Source: a virus | Strand: one strand, 5' to 3' | IMG/VR virus record: IMGVR_UViG_3300017605_000087 | Span: 1 to 64,000 of that record | DNA: 64,000 bases | Shown here: positions 30,147 through 40,882 of the stretch, piece after piece | How positions within the stretch are numbered: position 1 is the first letter of the stretch | Layout: each line of letters starts with the position of its first letter | Notes under the pieces: model-generated | What the model was told of the DNA's origin: nothing | The model's input: only the letters and a program-made list of their open reading frames with translations | The model's database searches: none | Translations under genes and position numbers: made by a program

Positions 30147-32576
30147 TTAAAATCCTATTGTTGTGTTACCTGAATATCTTACTCTCGGTTGACTATATAC
30201 ATTATATTGTCCACCTTGCTTAATAGTATTATAATTATTAGTGTTGGTTAAATTATTATTTACCCCACTATTTGTTTGATCTGTATTGTATTGCATGGTA
30301 GGAAGTTGTACACCTAATGTTCCACCTGCATTTGACATAACATTGTACATATCTATGCTGAACTTAGTTCCCATTTCCCTCATTGCATTATCTGTCTGTT
30401 CTAATAATCCTAAGTATTGATCTCTTAATCCAGCATCTTGTGGATTGTTTACCCATGCTGTATGAGCTTGGTCTAACTGATTAGCTAGATAATCTAATAC
30501 TTCACTATTTCTCATATTTACAGTTTGTCCATCTTTTACTACTGGTGTACTTACATTACCAATAGAATTTCTGGTTGTTTCCATTTCTTTTAAAATGGAA
30601 GTATGCCCTGTAATTATTGCATCATTTTGTAGGACATTATATACTTGTTTAGTATCTAGTCCATGTAGTTTTGTATCTCCTGCTGCTGTATTTACTTTTA
30701 CAATATCAGTAACAGTAGGTGTATATTCTTTATATAAGTTTAATTCAACTGATTCAATTCCTGTTGGTTTTCCTTCTTTATCTAATCCTTTAACATTCTC
30801 ACCAAATCTAAATATTTCTTGCCCAGTCATTTCATTAAAGGCTTTCATTTTATCTTTATCCCATCCAGCCTTCTTCATTTCATCATAAGTATATGTTGCA
30901 TTATAATCCATTACAAACTTTCCATCTATTCCTTTATAAGCTCCTTGTATTCTACCTGTTCCAGTAGTTAACTTATCCATAGTAGTAACGAAATTAGTCA
31001 ATAAATTCTTTTGACTATCAGTTAACTTTGACTCCTTAAATGTTTTATATGTACTTCCTAATTGATTAGCATCAACTCCATATTGTTTTGCTACTTTATC
31101 TATTTGTTCTTTAATCTCAGATTCAGTTGAATATTTATCAGGATATTGCCATGTATTACCATAAGTTAAATTAGTTCCAGTAATTACTGCTTTCTTTTCA
31201 CTTAGTATATCTTTTAAAGCATTAATAGCGGGAAGATATTTTAAATCATCCTGTTTAATACCCATTTGTCCTAATAAACTATTATCTCCTAATTTAGCAT
31301 ACATTCCTGCTCCGTTAAGAGTTCCTTCATCACCAAGTAATGCTTTAGTCCATACTTCTTGATTTAATTGAGTATATGTTCCTGGTTCTATTGCAACTAA
31401 GTCCATATAAGGATTAGTATTATCTAATTCTTTCATACTCATTTCAAAACTTTGTTCCATCTTTAATTTAGACATCCAATCTTGATATAAGTCAACCTTT
31501 TCTTTAGTATAATCCAACCATCTGGCTGCTGGATTAACTGCTTGTTTCATGTGTTCTTGGTCCCACATGTTATTATATATACTTGTTAAAGCATCTTGAT
31601 TTATATTTCCATTCTTATCAAATATGAAATCATTCATATAAGGGTCAGACACAAATACTTGTTTATTAGTTTTACTATTTAATTGATAGTTTCCTAATTT
31701 ACCATCTTTAACAACTAATCCAAATCTGTCTGCAAATTGTTGTACATTAGGTTGTGTAAATACTAAATCACCATTTGCATCTATTACTCCAAAATTTGCA
31801 AAATCATCTACTGATTTTTCCCATCTCATTCTATCTTGAAACTGAGGATTTTGTGCTATATATTGCATAGCCATTTCATTAGCATCGTCTTCACTTATTT
31901 GTTCTGTTGTTCCAAATTTTAAATATCCACTTCCAGCTCTTGTTAATCCTATTGTTTGTAATGTATCAGCATTTGCATCTTTAAGAAAATCTCTAGTAAC
32001 CTTAGCCCAATCTTGTGCATCAGGTACGTGCATACTACTCCACATATTACTATACTTCCCTGTTACTGGGTCATATTGTAATTGTTTATTATTCTTTAAT
32101 GAGAACATTGTTTTCCAATTGTTCACATCTATTTCAGTTACTTTACCATCTTTCCTTCTAGTTTCTAAATCTCCTAAATCTTTATCATACATTGCTTTAT
32201 CTTGTAAAGCTCCTTGTACCATTTTATCATTTGCAAAATCATAACTAGCTTGTTGTACTAACCAACTAGCATCTTCCCATCTTCCACTTTCTCTAATTCC
32301 TTTTAATTTACCTTTTGCATTATCTAATGCACCACGTATAATAGGATTATTAACATCTCTAGTTGAGAGGTTATTAATCATTGTTTCTAATTTGTCTTGT
32401 GCTAATCTTGTAGTTTTATATGTATCATCTAACTTCATGGCCGTCATATACATTTCCTGTATAGGCGCACCAGCATATTGTGGTACATAGTTGGCATAAG
32501 AATTATTGACTACATAAGGACTAGCCCCTTCATCAATATAAGTTTCTCCTCCAACGGGATACTTTTTAATCAACAT
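30147..32576 (-). CDS. Putative internal virion (cargo/ejection) protein
   Basis: Immediately upstream of the vRNAP; helical, no Cys seen; N-terminal YVPQY..AP. Confidence 0.65.
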   Translation of the reverse strand: MLIKKYPVGGETYIDEGASPYVVNNSYANYVPQYAGAPIQEMYMTAMKLDDTYKTTRLAQDKLETMINNLSTRDVNNPIIRGALDNAKGKLKGIRESGRWEDASWLVQQASYDFANDKMVQGALQDKAMYDKDLGDLETRRKDGKVTEIDVNNWKTMFSLKNNKQLQYDPVTGKYSNMWSSMHVPDAQDWAKVTRDFLKDANADTLQTIGLTRAGSGYLKFGTTEQISEDDANEMAMQYIAQNPQFQDRMRWEKSVDDFANFGVIDANGDLVFTQPNVQQFADRFGLVVKDGKLGNYQLNSKTNKQVFVSDPYMNDFIFDKNGNINQDALTSIYNNMWDQEHMKQAVNPAARWLDYTKEKVDLYQDWMSKLKMEQSFEMSMKELDNTNPYMDLVAIEPGTYTQLNQEVWTKALLGDEGTLNGAGMYAKLGDNSLLGQMGIKQDDLKYLPAINALKDILSEKKAVITGTNLTYGNTWQYPDKYSTESEIKEQIDKVAKQYGVDANQLGSTYKTFKESKLTDSQKNLLTNFVTTMDKLTTGTGRIQGAYKGIDGKFVMDYNATYTYDEMKKAGWDKDKMKAFNEMTGQEIFRFGENVKGLDKEGKPTGIESVELNLYKEYTPTVTDIVKVNTAAGDTKLHGLDTKQVYNVLQNDAIITGHTSILKEMETTRNSIGNVSTPVVKDGQTVNMRNSEVLDYLANQLDQAHTAWVNNPQDAGLRDQYLGLLEQTDNAMREMGTKFSIDMYNVMSNAGGTLGVQLPTMQYNTDQTNSGVNNNLTNTNNYNTIKQGGQYNVYSQPRVRYSGNTTIGF

Positions 32577-32578
32577 GT

Positions 32579-35350
32579 TTAGAAATCTTTTTCAGTTTTG
32601 TTAGTTCCATTTAACTCATTATATAATTTGATAGCGTCTTTAGTATCTCTACCTGTACGTTTCAAATCTTTAATATCCCCTTCAAGCATTGCAGGATATT
32701 GTTTATACACATCTTTTAAGAATTGTGTATCTTGTAAATTTGCAGGAACTACTCCTGTATCTCTAAATTGCTTAGATAATATTTGCCATTTTTGTTTATC
32801 TAAATCTGACATGTTTTTCTCTGCTTGTTGTTGTCCATAATCAGATACAGCATTGGCTACATTACTACTCAATGATGATAATATTCCTTTTTCTCTTAGA
32901 GCTACATCTTGATTATATCTATCTATATTAGCAAAATTATGTGCTGATATAGATTGATCGTTTAACATTTTTGTATTCTCTAATTGATTCTCTGTATTTT
33001 CTTTTGTAGTATAAGCTGAGTTTTTAGCAGACATGGTGTTAACATCTGCTGCCATTTTATTTACTCTAGCTATTGCACTACTTGATGTATTAGCATCTAT
33101 ATCTTCCTTCGACCCTCTATTAATTCTATCAATTGCTGCTAATTGGTCATTAATATCGAACTTAGTATTTAATGGTGCGGCATTAATTTTATTTGGAATA
33201 GGAACTTTAGGAGATGCTAATGTAGTTGCAAGATTAAACATATTATCTACATAAGGAGCTATACTAGCAAATCCATTTCCTTTATTATTTGCCGGACTAT
33301 TATTACTATTCATATTAGAAGGTTCTACTCCTTCAACTTTAGGTGTTGGTGTATAACTTTTTTCTAATGTATTCTTATTTATAATATCATTAATACTCTT
33401 CATTATATCCTTTGTAGTAGGATTATACGTATCAATTGGATTCTGTTTCTCTCTTATATAATAAGGATTTTGACTATTATCAGCAGTGAATTGTCCATTA
33501 TTATTAGGCATTCCCCAAGCTAGATTTTGAGTTTCTGTTGGATATAATTGAACCTCTGGGTATGGGTCTGTTTCTCCTCCATTTGGATAACGCATTGCCA
33601 TTCCTCCTTTTTTAAAACCTACTATAAAATTTTTCAACATATTTTCATCTGTTACTTGTTGATTATTATGTAGAGTATCAACTACTGTATTATTATCTAA
33701 TATATATTGTCCATATTTATCAGTAGCGTATGGATTTAATCTAAAGTCTAATGCACCTTTATAATAAGTACCCTTACTATTTTCCTCATTAGCATCTACT
33801 CCAGTGTGGTGCATAGGAACCCAATATTGTGATGTATATTGACCTATCCATCCATCTACATCTGATAATGATTGTGGAGCATGACTTCTATTTATTTTAG
33901 TACCTAATGTTGGACTATTATAGATGTCATTATAATATTGTTGCATTTTCTTAACATAAGAATCTTTCTCATATTTAAAATTAGGATTAGATTTAGTATA
34001 TTCAGTCCATATATCATTACTTAAATTACCTTGACTTCTATCTAATTTTGTACGATCTACATTATTATCTGTTAAGTATTTATTATAATAGGAAATTAAT
34101 CCAGTCCAATCTTGTATCTCTTGTCTAGTTGGTACAGTTCCACCATCAGGATACATTCCAATCTTCATTCCATCTTTAGCAAATCCTGCCATTCCTCCAT
34201 AATTACCATTCATTGATTGTTGAGTCTGAAATAACTTCTCTATTAAGAAATCACTATTCATCATTTCTTTCTCAAATGTATCACTTAAAATTGGATCAAT
34301 TATTTTATCATTAATGTTCTCTTTTCTATCTCCATATTTCTTCATCGTCTTCTGCTTATCTTTCAATAATTTAGCATGACGTTCTGCAAATGTTTCTTTA
34401 GTTCCTGGAACTTTTAATGAATCACTAAATATTTTATTTCCATCTACTGTTTCTCCTCCTTCTGCTTCTATTATATTTCCTTGTCCTGTTGCAATTTTAA
34501 CTCCACCTTTATCATGTTGTTTACCAACAATCACCCCTTCATTCTCACCAGTTACACTAGGAACTATTGTTCCACCTTGTAATGGTTTCATTCTTTGTTG
34601 CATTTCTTGAGGAACAGCCATTCCTCCATAATTAAAATATGATGAAAAGTTTGTTCCTTGTGTTGGATATTGATTTAAGTAGGCTTTATCTTGAGTTATT
34701 TGTTGATCTCTTGCCATCTTCTCTTTCTCTTTCCTTTTTTCTTTCTCAGAGAAACCATCTATTACAGAAGATATTAAACCACCTACTACTGGTATTTGAC
34801 TTGCTAATCCACTAAATACTCCAGCACCATCTACTTTTCCTCCTGCTATTCCTTCTGTAATTGCTGGTGAAACAGCATTAGAGAATGCTCCAAATAATCC
34901 TCCACCCGCACCACCTAACATATCACCCATTCCTCCACCACCTCCACTTTTTGCTCCTTCTAAAGCTCCAGCAGCACTTGATTTTTCACTTGCTTGTTGT
35001 AATATTTTTCCTGTTTTTGGGTCTATTAAATTTCCATATTTATCATACAATTCTTTTTCATAAATTGCATCTCCTCCAGTTCCAAATTCAGGAGTCTTAC
35101 TAGAATTAGTAAGATACGTATTAAATGTCTTATCTAAATACTCATCGTATTTTTTATCTTGTTTATCAAATGAACCAAATGCAAATCTATTAGCATAGTC
35201 TTGCATTTCTTCATTATTAGTAAATGTTACTGCTCCATGTTTTTGGAGGTCAGCAACATCTATATTTTTTCCATCGTAGTTAACAAAGTATTTACCTCTA
35301 CTGTTATCTACATTAAATGGTTGTTGTCTATTCTTTTTACTTTTACTCAT
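32579..35350 (-). CDS. Putative internal virion (cargo/ejection) protein
   Basis: Gly-rich hydrophobic stretch, HDKGGV..EAEGGET..IFSD module, repeated [YF]xxGG; lies between muzzle and vRNAP. Confidence 0.7.
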   Translation of the reverse strand: MSKSKKNRQQPFNVDNSRGKYFVNYDGKNIDVADLQKHGAVTFTNNEEMQDYANRFAFGSFDKQDKKYDEYLDKTFNTYLTNSSKTPEFGTGGDAIYEKELYDKYGNLIDPKTGKILQQASEKSSAAGALEGAKSGGGGGMGDMLGGAGGGLFGAFSNAVSPAITEGIAGGKVDGAGVFSGLASQIPVVGGLISSVIDGFSEKEKRKEKEKMARDQQITQDKAYLNQYPTQGTNFSSYFNYGGMAVPQEMQQRMKPLQGGTIVPSVTGENEGVIVGKQHDKGGVKIATGQGNIIEAEGGETVDGNKIFSDSLKVPGTKETFAERHAKLLKDKQKTMKKYGDRKENINDKIIDPILSDTFEKEMMNSDFLIEKLFQTQQSMNGNYGGMAGFAKDGMKIGMYPDGGTVPTRQEIQDWTGLISYYNKYLTDNNVDRTKLDRSQGNLSNDIWTEYTKSNPNFKYEKDSYVKKMQQYYNDIYNSPTLGTKINRSHAPQSLSDVDGWIGQYTSQYWVPMHHTGVDANEENSKGTYYKGALDFRLNPYATDKYGQYILDNNTVVDTLHNNQQVTDENMLKNFIVGFKKGGMAMRYPNGGETDPYPEVQLYPTETQNLAWGMPNNNGQFTADNSQNPYYIREKQNPIDTYNPTTKDIMKSINDIINKNTLEKSYTPTPKVEGVEPSNMNSNNSPANNKGNGFASIAPYVDNMFNLATTLASPKVPIPNKINAAPLNTKFDINDQLAAIDRINRGSKEDIDANTSSSAIARVNKMAADVNTMSAKNSAYTTKENTENQLENTKMLNDQSISAHNFANIDRYNQDVALREKGILSSLSSNVANAVSDYGQQQAEKNMSDLDKQKWQILSKQFRDTGVVPANLQDTQFLKDVYKQYPAMLEGDIKDLKRTGRDTKDAIKLYNELNGTNKTEKDF

Positions 35351-35356
35351 GTGTTA

Positions 35357-38300
35357 CTATCTAAAGTTTTGCATGTAGTTAACTATACTGTCATGGAAGT
35401 AAAAATCTTTTTGGATATTATTGTCGTAAATATAGCGAACAATTACGAATTTTCCAAGTAAATTATCTTTTTTAAACCAAGTTTTTTGTGCAGCTATGTT
35501 AATAGTATTTACACTTCTATCTTCATTTATTATAGGGTTGTTCTTATTAATTACCATATCTCTAATCTCATTATAATTCCAGCTTCCTTCTATAAATCTA
35601 TTATTTCTTTGGAACCATAATAAGTCTGGTACAGCTATTATTCCAGTACATTGATCTGTATTATATAAACATATATGTGTAAGAGTTTCATTAAAGAACC
35701 TTGTTTCATTAACTTCTACTTCTGTAACCCATGTAACACTTTCTACTATTTTAGTAACTTCAGGAGATTCATTATGAATCATATCCCAATATGAAGGATA
35801 TACAGTTGCATCATAATATATTCCTTTTATTGTTTTAATGTTATGTTTAAATATTCTTCCTAATGTTGAAGTATTATTTATAGCATATATTCCTGATCTA
35901 TTATGAAATAAATGATTAGGGTAATAATCGTGGAATGATACCCAACCCCCTTGCCCTTGATTAATTTCTGGACTATATGATATAGTCCACTTTTTATACA
36001 CAAAATCTCCAACTAGAGCTTGTGGTCCACCTGGCTCTCCTACTATATGATTTTCTACTAAAGGTCTATATATAGGATTATCATCTTCATCAAACTCTTC
36101 TAATATTACTATATTACCATCTACTAAAAAAGCATCTCCTATTTGATCTTCATCTATATCTGGAGATAATATTCCATGATATATTACATCGTCATTAAGT
36201 CTTATATCATTTTTACTAATTATAACTCTATTGAATTGTTCGTCAAAAGCTGCTGTTAATCCAAACTCAGTAAAGGGATTATCTATATCTAATGTAGTAT
36301 TAGTATTAGCTCTCATCCAATTACGAACATTTAAGTTACTAATTTCTTTTAATGCTCCATCAAATATAAATATTTTTCCTTGTTGTCTATCTAAAAATAC
36401 ATATCCTAATTTACAAGTGAAACTTGCCCATTGAGATTGATTTCCTGCATACCCTTCTCTTGTAGGTAATACATTTTGTGGAGGTCTATCAAATACATCA
36501 CCTGTTCCTATATATACTTCTGTTATATCAGAAGATAATTTGTCTTTATTTAAAGCAGTATATAAACTATATTTCTGATGTATAATTAAAGTCTTATCAA
36601 GAGTTTCTAATTTCCATACTTCTCCTTTATCTTTTTCTCCTTCGTGATATTCATTAGCTCTGAATTTTCTCCAAGATTCACTTTTTTCTTCATCTTGAGT
36701 TACATCAGTTCTTGCTACTCTATATGGTAGTTTATCTATAAATCTATCATACGGACTCCATGAACCGGGAAACTTTAAATTCATTATTGATGAATAGCTA
36801 GGGTCATAATCTATATCTACACTCCATTTATTTGGAGCATTAAACCCTAAATTTTTCTTTCCACTTCCCATTAGTAAATGACTTGGAATCTGTGAAAAGT
36901 CATTACCTCTGTTTAATACATAATTGTAATTAGAATAACATGGAAATCTAAAATGTAATCCTAATGCTGTATTAATTATATGTGTATTCTCAAGAGCTTC
37001 ATCTCCATCTATATGTGTACAAACACTTAAATCATTCTCCCAATTAGTATTAGCTGGATAATAAGTAGTTCCAGCTTCACTATAAAAATTATGTTTAATT
37101 GAATACCCTGTAATAAATGTATCGAAATTAAATAATCCTCCTATTGGGCCATTTACTCCAGCATTTACTGGATGAATTAATTTACTTGCTAATGCTAAAT
37201 CTTGTTCATAAAAATTAGTATGAACATTTTTTATCATACTCATTATATTACCAACAGCAAAATAAAACAGATTTACTTTTACTTCATCATGGTCTGACCC
37301 TGGATAATTCAATTCATCTCCTTGATCGTTAGCATTATCAAAACCTCTTCTAATTCTATATCTTGAAAGTAAATCTGTACTTGTATTTTCAAATGTTGCT
37401 CTAATACATGCTTCTCTAGTATTATTAGATATAGGAACAGTAGCGGAATTATTCTCTGGAATATATTCAAATTTCTTTATTGCTCTATATGCAAGGTTAT
37501 CTGCTATCCAAGTTGTTCCAGTAGTATCAGGAACACCTGTTAATCCAGGCCCAGTAAGAACTGGTCCAGGAGGATTTCCAAGAGATACTGGAGAGTTTAC
37601 GTTAGTAGATATATATTCTCCTTTTATGTACCTTGCATTAACACTTGGTGTGTTATGTAATAAAGGTATATCATAAAGTCTTGCATGAGCATTACTAATT
37701 ACAGTTCCGGGAGTATAAAATCCATTCAAATCAGGCCCACTTAATGTAGTATCGTTACCATACATTGCCTCTCTATATATAGGACTTGTTCCTAAAACTG
37801 TACTATTATCTAATGTTTTAATTGCATAACTAAATACAATTCCTTGTATCTGGTCTTTTAAATATTGTGGTATTTCAATATTATGAAATCTTATCTTTAT
37901 AAACTTATTAAGGTTAGCAAAACTTGTTCCACCATACATTGTTTTCAATCCTGGCATTCTATGATGTCTAACCTTTTGTCCTCTTAAATCAATTCCTCCT
38001 GCAATAGCATTTCCATCATAATCTATTGTTCCATCATATTCATCTAAGTTAGGATATGTTTCATCTTCATTCTCCCAATATCCCGGATACTTACCACTGA
38101 CAGGATGATTTATATTTGCTGTATCTCTAGTATGAAATAGTTTTGCAGAATCAGCAACACCTAATGCTGCTTCATCAGCACCAAATTCAGCAGGTTCAGC
38201 AGCAACAGCATTTGTTACAGTTTCATCTTCATCAAAAGCAGTTGCTCCAATAGTTATTTGTTGAACTTCTCTTCCTGGTATATGCATACCTTTTCCAATA

Positions 38301-39553
38301 GTTCCATCTTTATATACTGCGTGAGCATAAAAAGCATATACTTCCCAAGGTTTTAATGTTCTTACTCTTAAACAATTCCCCGGATTAGCATACCATTCGT
38401 ATCTTTTATATATACTTTGGAATATATTAGGAGGTAGTGCATTTGCTTGTGTTAAATCTTCTATACTTTCTGTAAACCAAGATACTGAAATATTATTAGC
38501 ATACTTCTGAAATCTTAATTCTTCTTGAGTTTTTAAATTACCAGCACAAAGTCTTTTATTATTATATGTTCCAGTTTTAAATCTAGTATAGTTTACACTA
38601 TCAATTAATATTTCATCAGGAGTTAAATCTCCTTTAAATTTTCCAGTCCATACAAAATTGATTTGTGTTCCAGTTATTTCAAACTTATCAATATATATTG
38701 CTGTTTTTACTTTATTTACTTCCTTAATTGCAGCAAGTTTAATATACTTAAATCTAGTATCAATATTATCAATTGTAATATCTATTGATACTCCACTATT
38801 TCCATCTTGTTTACTTTCTTGATAAAGATTACTTACTTTAAAATCATTACCATTGTCTGTATTTAATATAAAAGAATCATGGTGATACTTAGCAATAGGA
38901 AATGGATGGGATGGTAGCATCCAGTTTAATTGATCGTCTTCACTTACCTCATAAGATGTTACTAAATAATATACTCCTGGGTCTATATCTCCACCTGGTT
39001 TAATATTCCCAATGGCATAGTTTGGAATATTCATATCAGGATATAGTAACATTAAGTTTTGTGCGTTACTAGATGTAAACTCTTTTGAACCATTTACAGG
39101 AAATGGTAAATTAGTTAGATTTAATAATCTTGGTCTATTGCTATTTGTCTTAGTTCCATCCCAAAATGATATGATTAAATCTCCTTTCCAATTATATTTG
39201 AATATACCTTCTATTGGACAATCCCATTGAAATTGTAATAATTGTAATCCAACAGTATCTTTACAAATTGTTGTATAAATACCTAATTCAAAATATCCTA
39301 TTTCACATATAGAGCCGTTTCTTGAAAATACTACTGTTCCTAAGTTTGTAGGAATAGTTCCAAGTATCTTTCCATTAACTTGTTTTTCTAATTGTGCTCC
39401 ATCTTCATTAGCAATTGATCTAAAACCTTTAGTAACAAGAATGTTTTTAGCCCAAGCCCATCCTTGTCCTTTAAGGTTTCTAGTATCTAACGAAAGTCCT
39501 TGAATATTCAGCACCTTAATATCTATTAAATGTTTTATCTTCGTATGTATCAA
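35357..39553 (-). CDS. Tail stabilisation/muzzle protein (start possibly GTG 39514)
   Basis: About 1390 aa, beta-rich; WTISYSP..GWVSFHDYYP, GEVWKL, LGKFVIVR; crAss-like gene order. Confidence 0.8.
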   Translation of the reverse strand: MIHTKIKHLIDIKVLNIQGLSLDTRNLKGQGWAWAKNILVTKGFRSIANEDGAQLEKQVNGKILGTIPTNLGTVVFSRNGSICEIGYFELGIYTTICKDTVGLQLLQFQWDCPIEGIFKYNWKGDLIISFWDGTKTNSNRPRLLNLTNLPFPVNGSKEFTSSNAQNLMLLYPDMNIPNYAIGNIKPGGDIDPGVYYLVTSYEVSEDDQLNWMLPSHPFPIAKYHHDSFILNTDNGNDFKVSNLYQESKQDGNSGVSIDITIDNIDTRFKYIKLAAIKEVNKVKTAIYIDKFEITGTQINFVWTGKFKGDLTPDEILIDSVNYTRFKTGTYNNKRLCAGNLKTQEELRFQKYANNISVSWFTESIEDLTQANALPPNIFQSIYKRYEWYANPGNCLRVRTLKPWEVYAFYAHAVYKDGTIGKGMHIPGREVQQITIGATAFDEDETVTNAVAAEPAEFGADEAALGVADSAKLFHTRDTANINHPVSGKYPGYWENEDETYPNLDEYDGTIDYDGNAIAGGIDLRGQKVRHHRMPGLKTMYGGTSFANLNKFIKIRFHNIEIPQYLKDQIQGIVFSYAIKTLDNSTVLGTSPIYREAMYGNDTTLSGPDLNGFYTPGTVISNAHARLYDIPLLHNTPSVNARYIKGEYISTNVNSPVSLGNPPGPVLTGPGLTGVPDTTGTTWIADNLAYRAIKKFEYIPENNSATVPISNNTREACIRATFENTSTDLLSRYRIRRGFDNANDQGDELNYPGSDHDEVKVNLFYFAVGNIMSMIKNVHTNFYEQDLALASKLIHPVNAGVNGPIGGLFNFDTFITGYSIKHNFYSEAGTTYYPANTNWENDLSVCTHIDGDEALENTHIINTALGLHFRFPCYSNYNYVLNRGNDFSQIPSHLLMGSGKKNLGFNAPNKWSVDIDYDPSYSSIMNLKFPGSWSPYDRFIDKLPYRVARTDVTQDEEKSESWRKFRANEYHEGEKDKGEVWKLETLDKTLIIHQKYSLYTALNKDKLSSDITEVYIGTGDVFDRPPQNVLPTREGYAGNQSQWASFTCKLGYVFLDRQQGKIFIFDGALKEISNLNVRNWMRANTNTTLDIDNPFTEFGLTAAFDEQFNRVIISKNDIRLNDDVIYHGILSPDIDEDQIGDAFLVDGNIVILEEFDEDDNPIYRPLVENHIVGEPGGPQALVGDFVYKKWTISYSPEINQGQGGWVSFHDYYPNHLFHNRSGIYAINNTSTLGRIFKHNIKTIKGIYYDATVYPSYWDMIHNESPEVTKIVESVTWVTEVEVNETRFFNETLTHICLYNTDQCTGIIAVPDLLWFQRNNRFIEGSWNYNEIRDMVINKNNPIINEDRSVNTINIAAQKTWFKKDNLLGKFVIVRYIYDNNIQKDFYFHDSIVNYMQNFR

Positions 39554-40166
39554 ATAATAACATAGAAGAATTTTGTCTTATTTCTTCCATCTCTTCAGGA
39601 GTTGGAAAACTTAAACTATTTTTACATCTTGCCAACCACTTTTCAGCTCTTGCTTCACAATCTTCATATTTGAATACTGGATGGCTTACACCACCAGCTA
39701 ATATAATTGACATACAATACCATTGACAAGCTATTTTAAACTTATCATTGTCTGGAACCATTAGTTTATTATTTTTATCTAATGGTATTTTATAGTAATA
39801 TACAGTTAAACAACCTTCTTTAAAAGGAGTTGTAATTGTATTCATATTAAAACTATAATTTCCTATATTTTTATCACATATTTGTAGATCATTATTAGCA
39901 TGTGCTACATTTGAACTCAAATCAATTTTATATCCATTATATGCAATTGCTCTAAGAAATTTTAAATCACATGGAAATTCACCTTGATAATTCTTAATTT
40001 TAATCTTTTTAAATACTTTGTTATATATACGACCTACACCTACAAGTCCTATAAAATCAGCAATATCTTCATCTATTTCTCCTAACCAATCGTTAGAATT
40101 TAGTTTGAAGATTCTAGCTATTCTTGCAGCTATTATGTCGGATGATATAAATAAATACCTACTCAT
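39516..40166 (-). CDS. Tail ring/tubular protein
   Basis: FPCD, VYYYKIPLD..LMVPD pattern; directly upstream of the muzzle. Confidence 0.65.
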   Translation of the reverse strand: MSRYLFISSDIIAARIARIFKLNSNDWLGEIDEDIADFIGLVGVGRIYNKVFKKIKIKNYQGEFPCDLKFLRAIAYNGYKIDLSSNVAHANNDLQICDKNIGNYSFNMNTITTPFKEGCLTVYYYKIPLDKNNKLMVPDNDKFKIACQWYCMSIILAGGVSHPVFKYEDCEARAEKWLARCKNSLSFPTPEEMEEIRQNSSMLLFDTYEDKTFNRY

Positions 40167-40882
40167 TATCTTATAAAGTTAATCATTACATCAGGATTTC
40201 TTCTTAGCATTGCATATATTCTACCAACAAATGTATCTTTACTTGCTCTACATGTTGGTACAAATAAAAACTTTTCCTTTATTGATTTCTTTATTTTTAT
40301 ACTTTTTGGACTCCAATAAACTTGTGGTCTATATGGGTCTGTGTAGAATACAATCCAATCATGTCCATTAGGACATTCAGGACATTTAGGAATTAATCCT
40401 CTTTCTAATAATTCATATCTGTTTTTTCCAGATTCAACAGGATTAGCTCTTCCTTTATATGTTTTTCTTTTTACTCTTTTTATGTATAACTTGCCGAACT
40501 TGAACATATTTAATGTATGTCCTTCAATCATATAATCAATAGCTTTATCATTAAATCTTTTAATTATAAATGCAAGTTCTTTAAATTCTTTTATTCCTTC
40601 TTGTTCTTCTAATTTCTTCTTTATTACATTTACTTCATTATAAGTCTTAACGTACAAATCAAGTTTAGACAATATAACTCTTTTGTCTTTACTATCCCCC
40701 CAATATTCAATATCTCTATCGCTTATTCTTTCTCGTATATTTATTAATTCAATATCAGCAAATGTTTTCAGTAAATTTTCTTTACTCTGAAGGTTTTCTA
40801 AATCTACCTTCTTATTTTCATTTACTTTACTCTTATATACTTCAAATATTTCTTTAAGTCCGTTAATCTTTAGTTCACTCAT
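40166..40882 (-). CDS. IHF/HU-like protein of the tail module
   Basis: MIEGHTLNMFKFGKLYIKR...FVPT resembles an HU/IHF arm; position matches crAss-like phages. Confidence 0.55.
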   Translation of the reverse strand: MSELKINGLKEIFEVYKSKVNENKKVDLENLQSKENLLKTFADIELINIRERISDRDIEYWGDSKDKRVILSKLDLYVKTYNEVNVIKKKLEEQEGIKEFKELAFIIKRFNDKAIDYMIEGHTLNMFKFGKLYIKRVKRKTYKGRANPVESGKNRYELLERGLIPKCPECPNGHDWIVFYTDPYRPQVYWSPKSIKIKKSIKEKFLFVPTCRASKDTFVGRIYAMLRRNPDVMINFIR

